From Candidatus Anstonellales archaeon (GTDB lineage: Archaea > Micrarchaeota > Micrarchaeia > Anstonellales > J096): 64,000 nt of DNA. Position numbers and translations under genes: made by a program. The stretch spans positions 65,633 through 129,632 of the forward strand of contig JAWAFD010000004.1 in assembly GCA_038890745.1 (NCBI GenBank). Reading direction: 5' to 3'. The notes below the pieces were generated by a model. The model saw nothing but the letters and a program-made list of their open reading frames with translations. It did not search any database and was not told the DNA's origin. This document shows positions 48,212 to 57,343 of this stretch, piece after piece. Positions within the stretch are counted from its first letter, which is position 1; each line of letters opens with the position of its first letter.

Positions 48212-48739
48212 ATGCTTTGGATAAATATTTTGTTTGCGCTTGTTCAATTGGCTGTAGGGATTATTTTTGCGGCCGGTTCAGTGTACTTTGCGATGAACCT
48301 TCTTGATAGGTTTACTAAAGGGATGCATGAGATAAGAGAACTCAGAAAGGGAAACCTTGCTGTAGCAATATATGTTGCTGCTTTTATTTTTTCAATCTCG
48401 ATAGTAATAGAAAGCGGGGTTGCCCAGATAGTTTCTGCGTTCAATCCGGAATCTACTCCAACGGTAATGACACTTGTGATTGTCTTTAATGTTATAAAAC
48501 TTTTTATAAGTGTTGTTCTTGCGGTTGTTGCGATATACCTTGCATTGCAAGTTATCAATCGGATTACACCAGAGATAAACGAATTTGAAGAGATAGCCAG
48601 CGGAAATGTTGCTGTTGCGCTTTTCACAGCAGCAGTGCTGATTTCGGTTAGTTTCGTAATCCGTGCAACTGTTTCAAACCTTAGCGACTTCCTAGACCCG
48701 GTATCTCTTGCGTCCATCCTCTCTGGAAACGGTGGCTGA
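48212..48739 (+). CDS. DUF350 family membrane protein (internally duplicated)
   Basis: Two repeats ELRKGNLAVA / EIASGNVAVA. Confidence 0.75.
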   Translation: MLWINILFALVQLAVGIIFAAGSVYFAMNLLDRFTKGMHEIRELRKGNLAVAIYVAAFIFSISIVIESGVAQIVSAFNPESTPTVMTLVIVFNVIKLFISVVLAVVAIYLALQVINRITPEINEFEEIASGNVAVALFTAAVLISVSFVIRATVSNLSDFLDPVSLASILSGNGG

Positions 48740-48740
48740 G

Positions 48741-50159
48741 ATGAATTTTTCTGAGTGGTATACGAATATTCTGAAAGATGCGGAGCTGGTAGACCTTCGG
48801 TATAACATAAAAGGGTTTTTGGTTGTACTGCCATGGGCGATGAAAACAATAAAACTTATTTATGATGCTTATGAGGAAGAGCTTGAAAAAGATGGGCAGA
48901 TGCCAACAAAATTCCCGGTTGTGATCCATGAAAGCAACCTGAAAGCAGAGGAGGAGCATGTAAAGGGATTCGAGGGGGAGGTTTTCTGGATAACACGGGC
49001 TGGTGTTAATGAGCTTGAGGATAGGATGGCGCTTCGCCCCACTTCTGAAACAGCCATGTACCCCCTTTTTTCTTTATGGATACAGGGAAGAAAAGACCTT
49101 CCGTTGAAAATATATCAAAGCGGCGAGGTATGGAGGTATGAGACAAAGGCTACGAAGCCTTTTGTCAGGGTCAGGGAAATAATGTGGATAGAAACCCATG
49201 ATGCTTTTGCTACCCCACAAGAAGCCATACAACAGGTTAAAAGAGATAAAGAGATTGGGGAGAGGATTGCTTTTGAAAAACTTGGTATTCCGTTTATTGT
49301 TCTGAAAAGGCCTCAATGGGATAAGTTTGCAGGTGCAGATGATACGTTTGCTTTTGATACCATAATGCCGGATGGAAAGGTCCTCCAGATCTCTTCCACA
49401 CATCTTTTAGGTCAGAATTTTTCAAAAGTTTTTAATGTAAAGTATATGGATGATGATGGAAAAGAGAAGTTTGTGTGGCAAACATGTTATGGAATAGGAA
49501 TAAGCAGGATATATGCTTCGCTCATAAGCATCCATGGGGATGAGAAGGGGCTTGTCCTTCCGTTCGATTTTGCCCCTATTCAAGTTGTAATAGTTCCAAT
49601 ATACAAAGCAGATAACAAAAAAAAGATTGATGGGTATGCTGAGAGAGTACTCTCATCCCTGCATGGATTGCGCGTCCATTATGATACCTCTGAAAAAACA
49701 CCTGGTTTCAAATTTAATTTTTGGGAGATGAAGGGGGTTCCAGTAAGAATTGAAATAGGAGAAAGAGAGGTTGAGAGCGGAAAGGCCGTTGTTGTTAGGA
49801 GAGATACAAGAGAAAAACACACGGTTGATTTAAAAAATTTAAGAGCCACACTTGAGAAAACAGCAGAGAGAATGTTTGATGAGATGAAGGGGAGAGCAAA
49901 GAAAAGGTTTGACTCTCTTTTCCATGAGGCAGGAACGATTGAGGAGATGGAGAAAAAGCTTGATATGGGTGGATTTGTAAAAGTTCCTTTCTGCTCAATA
50001 GGCATGGATGGAAAGAAATGCTATGAAAAAATAAAAGAGAGGATGCATGCAGAGGTGAGGGGAGTAAGATTTCCGGATGAAGAAAAAGTGAAGGATAAAA
50101 AATGTATTGTTTGCGGAAAAGCAGCTAAGCATCTTGTGTATGTTGCAAGGCAGTATTGA
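48741..50159 (+). CDS. proS: Proline--tRNA ligase
   Basis: FSEWY, LRPTSET, RYETKAT..RVRE, C-terminal ARQY. Confidence 0.95.
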   Translation: MNFSEWYTNILKDAELVDLRYNIKGFLVVLPWAMKTIKLIYDAYEEELEKDGQMPTKFPVVIHESNLKAEEEHVKGFEGEVFWITRAGVNELEDRMALRPTSETAMYPLFSLWIQGRKDLPLKIYQSGEVWRYETKATKPFVRVREIMWIETHDAFATPQEAIQQVKRDKEIGERIAFEKLGIPFIVLKRPQWDKFAGADDTFAFDTIMPDGKVLQISSTHLLGQNFSKVFNVKYMDDDGKEKFVWQTCYGIGISRIYASLISIHGDEKGLVLPFDFAPIQVVIVPIYKADNKKKIDGYAERVLSSLHGLRVHYDTSEKTPGFKFNFWEMKGVPVRIEIGEREVESGKAVVVRRDTREKHTVDLKNLRATLEKTAERMFDEMKGRAKKRFDSLFHEAGTIEEMEKKLDMGGFVKVPFCSIGMDGKKCYEKIKERMHAEVRGVRFPDEEKVKDKKCIVCGKAAKHLVYVARQY

Positions 50160-50988
50160 TGATTTCTTTAATAAATTCTTTATTTTCCTCTATCCACCTT
50201 CTCACTGCTTTATTTTCTTCATAAGTAAAATTGGGGTCCATTCTTTTCATTAATTTTCCCATATCCTCTCTTTGAAAACAGAGGTCTATCAAATACCCCA
50301 AAAATGCTTCATGGATCGAGCTTGCAACAGCATATTTTAAGTATGGGCTTGCAAACATTCCAGTTTCTTTTATATCTTTTGCCTTTTGTCTGATTCTTGA
50401 TTCTACTGCTAATCTTACATCCATCTGGCATCTTTCATCACTCATTGCTATTCTGAATAAACTTATTGTAGAGTTAATAATAATCCATGGATTTGCGTCG
50501 TTCTCTTTTCTTTTTACGTTGTCCAATCTTTCCCAAACAACCCAAGAAAGAAAGTGCGGATGCTTTACTTTCCCAGCGCCGCATGCAAAAATTATTGTTT
50601 TTCTAAAATCTCCAAGATGTCTCCAGCTTTTTTTGAGTCTTTCATAATCGTTCCTTTCTTCATATTCCAGAAGCTCAAAAAGGAATCTCCATCTCTTTTT
50701 TTCGATTGGTTTGTTATACTCAAATCGGTCTTCATAGGTTGCTGTAAACTCTTCCCAAACCTCTTTAAGATAAAACCATATTTTTTCATCTTTAACATAT
50801 TCTTTGTATTCATCCATCAATTCTTTATTTCTGTAAAGTATGATTTGCTTCCAAAAACCAATGTTTAACTTTTTTCGCTCCTCATCCTTCTTTTTGCATT
50901 CTTCACGCAATGGTTCTAGCATAGGAAAAAGGCTACCCATCATTCCGGGCTTTTTGCCAAGAGAATGTGATTTTGTATGTTTTTGCAT
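50125..50988 (-). CDS. Hypothetical protein
   Basis: 287-aa AT-rich ORF; no motif recognised. Confidence 0.55.
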   Translation of the reverse strand: MQKHTKSHSLGKKPGMMGSLFPMLEPLREECKKKDEERKKLNIGFWKQIILYRNKELMDEYKEYVKDEKIWFYLKEVWEEFTATYEDRFEYNKPIEKKRWRFLFELLEYEERNDYERLKKSWRHLGDFRKTIIFACGAGKVKHPHFLSWVVWERLDNVKRKENDANPWIIINSTISLFRIAMSDERCQMDVRLAVESRIRQKAKDIKETGMFASPYLKYAVASSIHEAFLGYLIDLCFQREDMGKLMKRMDPNFTYEENKAVRRWIEENKEFIKEIINTALQHTQDA

Positions 50989-51042
50989 GTATTAGTTCTG
51001 TACAAACCTTTTTTTAACCTTTTCGCTCATCAAAATAATTAA

Positions 51043-51147
51043 AGCCCCGTCGTCTAGCGGCCAAGGATAGGGGACTTTGGATCCTCTGACCCCGGTTCGA
51101 AGAGCCCTTTTGGCGCAGAAAAGGGTTTGGAAATCCGGGCGGGGCTA
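51043..51147 (+). tRNA. tRNA-Gln(TTG) with 32-nt intron in the T-loop at 59/60 (intron 51102-51133)
   Basis: AGCCCCG/CGGGGCT acceptor, GGGGA-CTTTGGA-TCCTC anticodon arm, CCCGG-TTCGAA^T-CCGGG after excision; BHB helix TTCG/TGGA. Confidence 0.92.
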
Positions 51148-51645
51148 CTTTATACTTTTTATCTTTTCCCACAAGAATTCCTTTTCCTTTTCGCTAAGCT
51201 CTGGGTTTGGCCTTATAAATACAGAATAGAAATGCTCCAACAATTCCTTTGTCCTTTCCCTATCCCGTAAGTATGCAAGGTTCATGTACTCCTTCGCGCT
51301 TATGGGGTCGTTTAGGAATATGCAGGAGATGGCCAGCAGAAAATAAGCATCCACATCCTTTTTATCTATCTGCTCCAAGTGCTCCTTTGCTTGTAGGAAT
51401 TTTCCCTGTTCTATGTATGCAGATGCCATTGCCCTAAGAATCTCCTTCTTATCCCCACCATCCGCCAAAGCCCTTTCCAAACACTCCAATGCATACTCAT
51501 AGTTTTTTAGGCGCATGGAGATTATCCCGCGCAGGTAGTAAAGTTCTGGTGTTTTTTCCTTTGTAAGAATTTCATCAAGCAAAACTGCTGCCTCTTCATA
51601 TTTCTTCTTCTCCACTAAGTCGAGAACAGCAGCCACTTCTGTCAT
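51145..51645 (-). CDS. Tetratricopeptide repeat protein
   Basis: Repeated TPR patterns LYYLRG..YEYALECLERAL, AYIEQGKFLQA. Confidence 0.8.
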   Translation of the reverse strand: MTEVAAVLDLVEKKKYEEAAVLLDEILTKEKTPELYYLRGIISMRLKNYEYALECLERALADGGDKKEILRAMASAYIEQGKFLQAKEHLEQIDKKDVDAYFLLAISCIFLNDPISAKEYMNLAYLRDRERTKELLEHFYSVFIRPNPELSEKEKEFLWEKIKSIK

Positions 51646-51752
51646 GCTTATAAATTTTTCCATTCTTTTTATAAATGTTGAGGAAGGGTAAAAGTGGTAG
51701 AAAATGGAAAAGTATAAAAACCCTTCGGTACATAAAAAATAGTGTGGTGAAG

Positions 51753-52043
51753 ATGGGAACACAAGCACTTAAAGAAGAAAAACGCAAGAAGGATAAAACG
51801 CCAGAGGAGAGAAGAGATACAATATACGACGCAGGCAGAAAAGCAACCAAACCTGAAAATACAATGGATACTCTAGCGAAAAATTTTAAGGGAGCGGTAG
51901 AAGCCGCCGCATACAGAACTATTGTTGAAGCAATAGCAGGAGTGAAAGGCCTATCCGATGCGATTTATGCAAGAAAGGAGCCAGCAGTACCTTTTACGGA
52001 GGTTGCAAAAAATTTGCGTGATGCATTAGAAGGTATAGCTTAA
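51753..52043 (+). CDS. Hypothetical protein
   Basis: GGTGA upstream of ATG 51753; no motif recognised. Confidence 0.5.
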   Translation: MGTQALKEEKRKKDKTPEERRDTIYDAGRKATKPENTMDTLAKNFKGAVEAAAYRTIVEAIAGVKGLSDAIYARKEPAVPFTEVAKNLRDALEGIA

Positions 52044-52045
52044 TT

Positions 52046-52996
52046 CTATTCATACTCTATTGTCCCGGGTGGTTTGTTTGTAATGTCATAAACCACCCTC
52101 CCAACATTTTTTATCTCATTCGTTATCCTTGTTGAGATAGTGTTCTCAACCTCTTTCGGCAGATGAACAAAATTAGCAGTCATTCCATCTAGGCTTTGGA
52201 CAGCCCTTACAGCAACGGTCCATCTGTAAATTCTTTCATCCCCTGCGACACCGACTGTTTTTACGGGTAGAACCGCTGCGAAATACTGCCAAGGCCTTTC
52301 CATTTTTCCTTCTCTTACAGCCCTGTCTATTTCTTCCTCAACTATCGCGCAAGCCTCCCTAGCAATCTCAACTTTTTCTCTCGTGATTTCTCCAACAACC
52401 CTTACTGCAAGCCCAGGACCTGGAAACGGCTGTCTTTCATAAACGTAGGAAGGAAGCCCAAGGAATTTTGCAATCTCCCTAACTTCATGTTTGTAGTATT
52501 CTCTGAGCGGTTCGCACAGCTCCATCTTCATTCCTTTTGGTAAGCCACCAACATTGTGATGGCTTTTTATGGTATCCCTTCCCATCCCACCGCTCTCTAT
52601 CCAATCAGGTGCGATCGTCCCCTGGATAAGCACCTCTGCTCCGGATTTTTTTGCTTCTTTTTCAAAAACCCTTATGAAAAGCCTACCTATCTTCTTTCTT
52701 TTTCTCTCAGGGTCGCTTTCACCTTCCAAAGCAGATAGAAATTTTTCGCGCGCGTCTATTATTTTAATCGGTATTTTTATTTTTTCGCACGCTTCCCTAA
52801 CCTTCTTATCCTCGTCCTTTCTCAAAAACCCAGTATCAACAAAAAAACATTCAAGGTCTATACCTGCTTTTTTTGCAAGAGCAGCGGCGGTCATGGAATC
52901 CACCCCGCCGCTCACTGCGATTATAGCCCTTTTCCCTCCAACCTTTTTTCTTATCTCCTCAACAGCCGTTTTTACAGCCTCTTCAGGATTGAACAT
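52046..52996 (-). CDS. guaAB: GMP synthase subunit B (ATP pyrophosphatase)
   Basis: SGGVDS, DPERKRK, IKSHHNV, PFPGPGL, KPPGTIEYE. Confidence 0.95.
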   Translation of the reverse strand: MFNPEEAVKTAVEEIRKKVGGKRAIIAVSGGVDSMTAAALAKKAGIDLECFFVDTGFLRKDEDKKVREACEKIKIPIKIIDAREKFLSALEGESDPERKRKKIGRLFIRVFEKEAKKSGAEVLIQGTIAPDWIESGGMGRDTIKSHHNVGGLPKGMKMELCEPLREYYKHEVREIAKFLGLPSYVYERQPFPGPGLAVRVVGEITREKVEIAREACAIVEEEIDRAVREGKMERPWQYFAAVLPVKTVGVAGDERIYRWTVAVRAVQSLDGMTANFVHLPKEVENTISTRITNEIKNVGRVVYDITNKPPGTIEYE

Positions 52997-53047
52997 GCTT
53001 GGATTTCTTCGGTTATGTTTTAAATGTTTTTCCTGCCTAACCTACTC

Positions 53048-55495
53048 ATGTTTATTGCTGACCTGCACATCCATTCAAAGTATTCAAGGGCAACGAGCAT
53101 AAACGCGGATTTGGATGGCTACTCAAAATGGGCAAAAATAAAAGGAATAGATGTTTTGGGAACAGGGGATTTCACCCATCCGAAATGGCTCAAAGAACTA
53201 AGAGGAAAGATGCTCGATTTGGGAAATGGATTGTTTGAGTATGAGGGAACGAAATTTTTGCTTAGTGCGGAGGTAAATAATGTTTTTGAATTCGGTGGAA
53301 AAATAAGAAAAGTTCACACGGTTGTCCTTGCCCCTTCTTTTGAAGCTGTTGAGCAGTTCAACGATGAGATAAAAAAATTTGGTGAGCTTGAGAGCGATGG
53401 TAGGCCTACACTCAACATGAGTTTGTCAGAACTTGCTGATGTTGTTTCAAAATTAAAATATGTTTATTTAATACCCGCGCATTGCCTCCCCCCACATACA
53501 TTGGTGCATACTGTTAATGGAATGAAAAGAATCGACGAAATTTCAGAAAGCGATAGGGTACTAACGCATAGCGGCCAATTTAAAAAAGTAGTAAAAACAT
53601 TCAAAAGGAGATATGAAGGAAAATTGTATAAGATCATTCCATGGTGTTTCAGAGAAGGCGTGGCGGCAACCCCCGAACATCCTTTTTTTGCTATAAAGAG
53701 CGTTAAAAATTGTCCTTGGATAAAGGGGTTGTGTAAACCACTATACTCGCAAAAAAGCTCATGCAAAAAACGACATTATGAAGCATACAAAGCAGCATGG
53801 ATACAAGCCAGGCATCTAGAAAAAGGAGATTTTCTGGTTTACCCGAGGATCACAAAGGTCAAAGATGTGTCATGGATAAAATTAAGCAATTTTGTGAATT
53901 CAAAGGAAACGCATGGTAGAATGTTGCTGCCAAAAAACGCAAGAAATTGGAAAAATCCTATTAAGAAATTGATTAAAGTGGATAAGAATTTTTGCCTTCT
54001 AGTAGGATACTATCTAGCAGAAGGGTATCCTATTAGAAATGAAGCTGTTGGGTTCAGTTTCGGTGCGAATGAAGAAGAGTATGCAAAAGAGGTAATACTT
54101 TTAATGAATAAGATATTCGGCATAACTAGGTTCAAAATTGATAAAAGAAGGAATCAGATAGCTGTTGTATTCTTCTCGCATCTTTTGAATGCATTCTTTA
54201 AAAAACTGTTCTATCGCGGTGGCTTTAGAGCATGGAATAAAACTATTCCATCCTGGATGCTTCTACTGCCAAAAGAAAAATTAGCCGAGGTTTTAAGGGG
54301 ATGGTGGAGAGGCGACGCGGGGTACACTGTTTCAAGAGAGCTTATGCATGGAATGAAGTCCATTTTTCTAAAATTAGGTATAATTCCTTCGATTAGCATC
54401 GACACAGCGGAAAACTTTAACAGAAGAGGGAAACATTTTTTCGGAGAAAGAAAAATCTTTGCACGCAGGGATACATTCATTTTCTCAAATTTATCTTTTT
54501 TTGAAGATGACTATGGTATGCTAAAAGAAAAATGTTTCAAAAAAAGCGTAAATAAAATAAAAGGAAAGCATGGATGGATGGATGAGCACAACGTCTATCT
54601 ACCTATAAAAGAAATAAAGACGCTTGATTATAGTGGTGAGGTCTATAATCTGGAAGTCAAGGACGATAACTCCTATGTTACTGAATTTGCCGCAGTACAC
54701 AACTGTTGGACACCATGGTTCGGAATATTTGGTTCAAAAACAGGTTTTGATTCTGTGGAGGAAGGTTTTGAAGGAAAAACTGAGCGAGTAATAGCTTTGG
54801 AAACCGGTTTGAGCAGCGACCCCATGATGAACTGGATGGTTTCAAAAATAGATAAATACTCTTTGGTCAGCAACAGCGACTGCCACAGCCCGCAAAAGCT
54901 TGGAAGGGAGGCGAATGTTTTTGAGTGTGAGATGAGCTACCAAGGGATAATAAACGCGATAAAAACAAGGAAAGGTTTTGTGAAAACATACGAGTTCTAT
55001 CCAGAAGAAGGAAAGTATCATTATGATGGCCATAGAAATTGCAATGTTGTGATGCATCCAGAAGAGGCGATAAAGCACAAAAACATATGCCCTGTTTGTA
55101 GGCGCACGCTTACGATAGGGGTTCTCCATAGAGTGTACGAACTTGCGGATAGAAAGTATGGCTTTAAGCCGGAGAACGCAGTCCCGTTCCAGCATATTGT
55201 TCCATTGCAAACAGTAGTCTCCAAAGTTTTGAAAAAACCCGAGACCTCTCTCGTTGTCCAGGGGGCATGCGATAAAATCATCCAGTATTTTGGAAATGAA
55301 TTCAATGTGTATGAGGCAAAAGAGGATGAGATAAGGCTTGCGACCTCTCCTGACATCGCAGATGGAATAATAAAGGTGAAGAGAGGGGAGATAAAGTGGA
55401 GGCCGGGCTATGATGGGGTTTTTGGAGAGTTAATCTTAGGTGAGGAAAAAGCAGAAGGAGAAACAAAAAAACAAAAAAGCTTAATGGACTTTTGA
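53048..55495 (+). CDS. Endonuclease Q (PHP-domain DNA repair endonuclease), intein-containing
   Basis: ADLHIHSKYS, GTGDFTHP, PAH^CWTPW, SNSDCHS..LGRE, GKYH..HRNC..CPVC, PGYDG, C-terminal PIP-like QKSLMDF. Confidence 0.9.
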   Translation: MFIADLHIHSKYSRATSINADLDGYSKWAKIKGIDVLGTGDFTHPKWLKELRGKMLDLGNGLFEYEGTKFLLSAEVNNVFEFGGKIRKVHTVVLAPSFEAVEQFNDEIKKFGELESDGRPTLNMSLSELADVVSKLKYVYLIPAHCLPPHTLVHTVNGMKRIDEISESDRVLTHSGQFKKVVKTFKRRYEGKLYKIIPWCFREGVAATPEHPFFAIKSVKNCPWIKGLCKPLYSQKSSCKKRHYEAYKAAWIQARHLEKGDFLVYPRITKVKDVSWIKLSNFVNSKETHGRMLLPKNARNWKNPIKKLIKVDKNFCLLVGYYLAEGYPIRNEAVGFSFGANEEEYAKEVILLMNKIFGITRFKIDKRRNQIAVVFFSHLLNAFFKKLFYRGGFRAWNKTIPSWMLLLPKEKLAEVLRGWWRGDAGYTVSRELMHGMKSIFLKLGIIPSISIDTAENFNRRGKHFFGERKIFARRDTFIFSNLSFFEDDYGMLKEKCFKKSVNKIKGKHGWMDEHNVYLPIKEIKTLDYSGEVYNLEVKDDNSYVTEFAAVHNCWTPWFGIFGSKTGFDSVEEGFEGKTERVIALETGLSSDPMMNWMVSKIDKYSLVSNSDCHSPQKLGREANVFECEMSYQGIINAIKTRKGFVKTYEFYPEEGKYHYDGHRNCNVVMHPEEAIKHKNICPVCRRTLTIGVLHRVYELADRKYGFKPENAVPFQHIVPLQTVVSKVLKKPETSLVVQGACDKIIQYFGNEFNVYEAKEDEIRLATSPDIADGIIKVKRGEIKWRPGYDGVFGELILGEEKAEGETKKQKSLMDF
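53483..54703 (+). mobile_element. Intein (407 aa) with LAGLIDADG homing endonuclease
   Basis: Block A CLPPHT, block B TPEHPF, block C LVGYYLAEG, block E LRGWWRGDAG, block F VYNLEV, block G VHN followed by Cys. Confidence 0.93.
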
Positions 55496-56302
55496 GTTTT
55501 TAAAAAATTTTTTTGCGATGTATTCAGCAATACGTCTTTCCTCAATTTCTAAACCAATCCATTTTATTTCATCCATTTTTTCTAATCTTTCCTTCATTCT
55601 GCTCCATTCCCCGCCAATTACGATGGCCATATCATCCAGTATGAGTTTGTCGAGTATTGTAAGCAATCTGTCCAAACGGGCCGCATTTCTCTCAAGCGAA
55701 GTATGTTTTATAATATCTCTAAATTTTATAATCTCTCGCACGATTTTTAAAAAATCAAGAGCCATACTAGTCCGATGGGTGGAGAGATACTCTTTTATCG
55801 TCCTCAACCTAAGCTTGGCAACTCCATAGTCAGAATACGCTACTACCGCCGGATCATTCAATAAACCTATAAACAGAAGATGATCCCTAAATTCTTCCTC
55901 AAATGCTTTAATCGTTTTTATTTTTGGGAATTTTAATTTTTGGACAGTTAATTTTATTCCTTTTAGCACATCCATAATACGTTCGTCTATCCCCAGTTCA
56001 GCATACCTGTACGTTATGCTTTCGCGCGAATAATCCAGCATCTCTCTTAAAACATGTACAACATCGTCATCAAAAAGGTGGTTTAGGTAGTAGTCGTCCT
56101 CTGCCTCCTTGAAGTACTTACATAAAAGATCTTTCACTTTTTTTTCATCAACTCTTTCGTTAGAATACGTAATAATCCCGTTGATCATATCCTTATCGCT
56201 CTTATTTTTTTCTAACCTAGTCCTTAGAAAATTCGCTATTCTCCGCGGAATTTCGACTTCTATTCTTTCGCACTTAGGTTTGGATAGCAATCTCGTTGGC
56301 AT
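55481..56302 (-). CDS. Hypothetical protein
   Basis: 273-aa ORF, predicted helical; no motif recognised. Confidence 0.6.
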   Translation of the reverse strand: MPTRLLSKPKCERIEVEIPRRIANFLRTRLEKNKSDKDMINGIITYSNERVDEKKVKDLLCKYFKEAEDDYYLNHLFDDDVVHVLREMLDYSRESITYRYAELGIDERIMDVLKGIKLTVQKLKFPKIKTIKAFEEEFRDHLLFIGLLNDPAVVAYSDYGVAKLRLRTIKEYLSTHRTSMALDFLKIVREIIKFRDIIKHTSLERNAARLDRLLTILDKLILDDMAIVIGGEWSRMKERLEKMDEIKWIGLEIEERRIAEYIAKKFFKNSKVH

Positions 56303-56371
56303 GTAGTTATAATTTGTATAATAATGTTTAAATACATAACGGAATTTAAATGTTTAAGTTCATAAAAAAAC

Positions 56372-57310
56372 ATGCCATCGTTGCTTGATTTTGTAAGGAA
56401 AAATCCTGAAAAAATACTGAAGCCATTCGGCCACACGGATGTGCTTCTCTTATATGGAATTGTCGGCGAAAAATTAAGAAAATATTTGAAAGGAAAGGAG
56501 CTTGCAAGCAAGATATGGCTCCCTTCGGGGAACATCCCCTATCTCATAAAAAGAGGGTCTAAGCTTGAACCTCTTTTCATACATGAGTTTGTGGATGGGA
56601 TAACGCTGGAGCTTCTTGAGGCAAGGGCAACGATGAATCTTTCTTCTGTAAAAGGAGAGCTAACAGACGCTCAGAAAAAAATTTGGAACTATTTTGTGCC
56701 GAGAAAGCTTGCGGATTTTTTCTACGCAACAAACGGCGAGCATCCAGACAAGCCAATAGACAGGATATTCTTCGACCTTGACAGGGGAGAGGGGATCTCA
56801 TCTGAGCAGGCGCAAGAGGCAGCAAAATTTTTTGTTCAAACAATAGAGGAAGATAGAGAGTTTGAAAAGCTCGTTGGGGATATCGAGCCGTTTGTTTACT
56901 GGACCGGAAGTTCTTTTCATGTTTTCATTTTTTTGGACAAACCCCAGCCGAATTCGTTTTATGAAAAATATTTCAAATTTTCGAAAGATATGCCAGAAGC
57001 AAGCTTTACGGGAAGGTGGGCGAAAGAGGTTAGCAAAAAAGTTGGATTTAGGGTTGTTGGTGGGCATGAAAAAATACCAAAAACATTGAACATAGACCCA
57101 TCCCAAACCCCATCCGGAAAACTGTGCAGAATTCCACTCGGCTCCCTCCATATGAAGGACGCGAGAACCGTTGATGGTATCTCCATCCCAATAGAGAACA
57201 AAATGCTAGAAAAGGAAAACCTTGTTGAGGAGTTGAGAAAATACACCCCTCAAAAGCTTATTGAGGAGCTCGATGCCGTTGCTGCGAGGTTGCCGAAAAA
57301 GTTTATATAA
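56372..57310 (+). CDS. Archaeo-eukaryotic primase superfamily protein, LigD polymerase-domain-like
   Basis: DRIFFDLD (DxD), WTGSSFHVF (His motif), LNID (third Asp), SLH..GISIP. Confidence 0.65.
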   Translation: MPSLLDFVRKNPEKILKPFGHTDVLLLYGIVGEKLRKYLKGKELASKIWLPSGNIPYLIKRGSKLEPLFIHEFVDGITLELLEARATMNLSSVKGELTDAQKKIWNYFVPRKLADFFYATNGEHPDKPIDRIFFDLDRGEGISSEQAQEAAKFFVQTIEEDREFEKLVGDIEPFVYWTGSSFHVFIFLDKPQPNSFYEKYFKFSKDMPEASFTGRWAKEVSKKVGFRVVGGHEKIPKTLNIDPSQTPSGKLCRIPLGSLHMKDARTVDGISIPIENKMLEKENLVEELRKYTPQKLIEELDAVAARLPKKFI

Positions 57311-57343
57311 ACACTTTTAAACCTAATTCCAAAAACAATAGTC

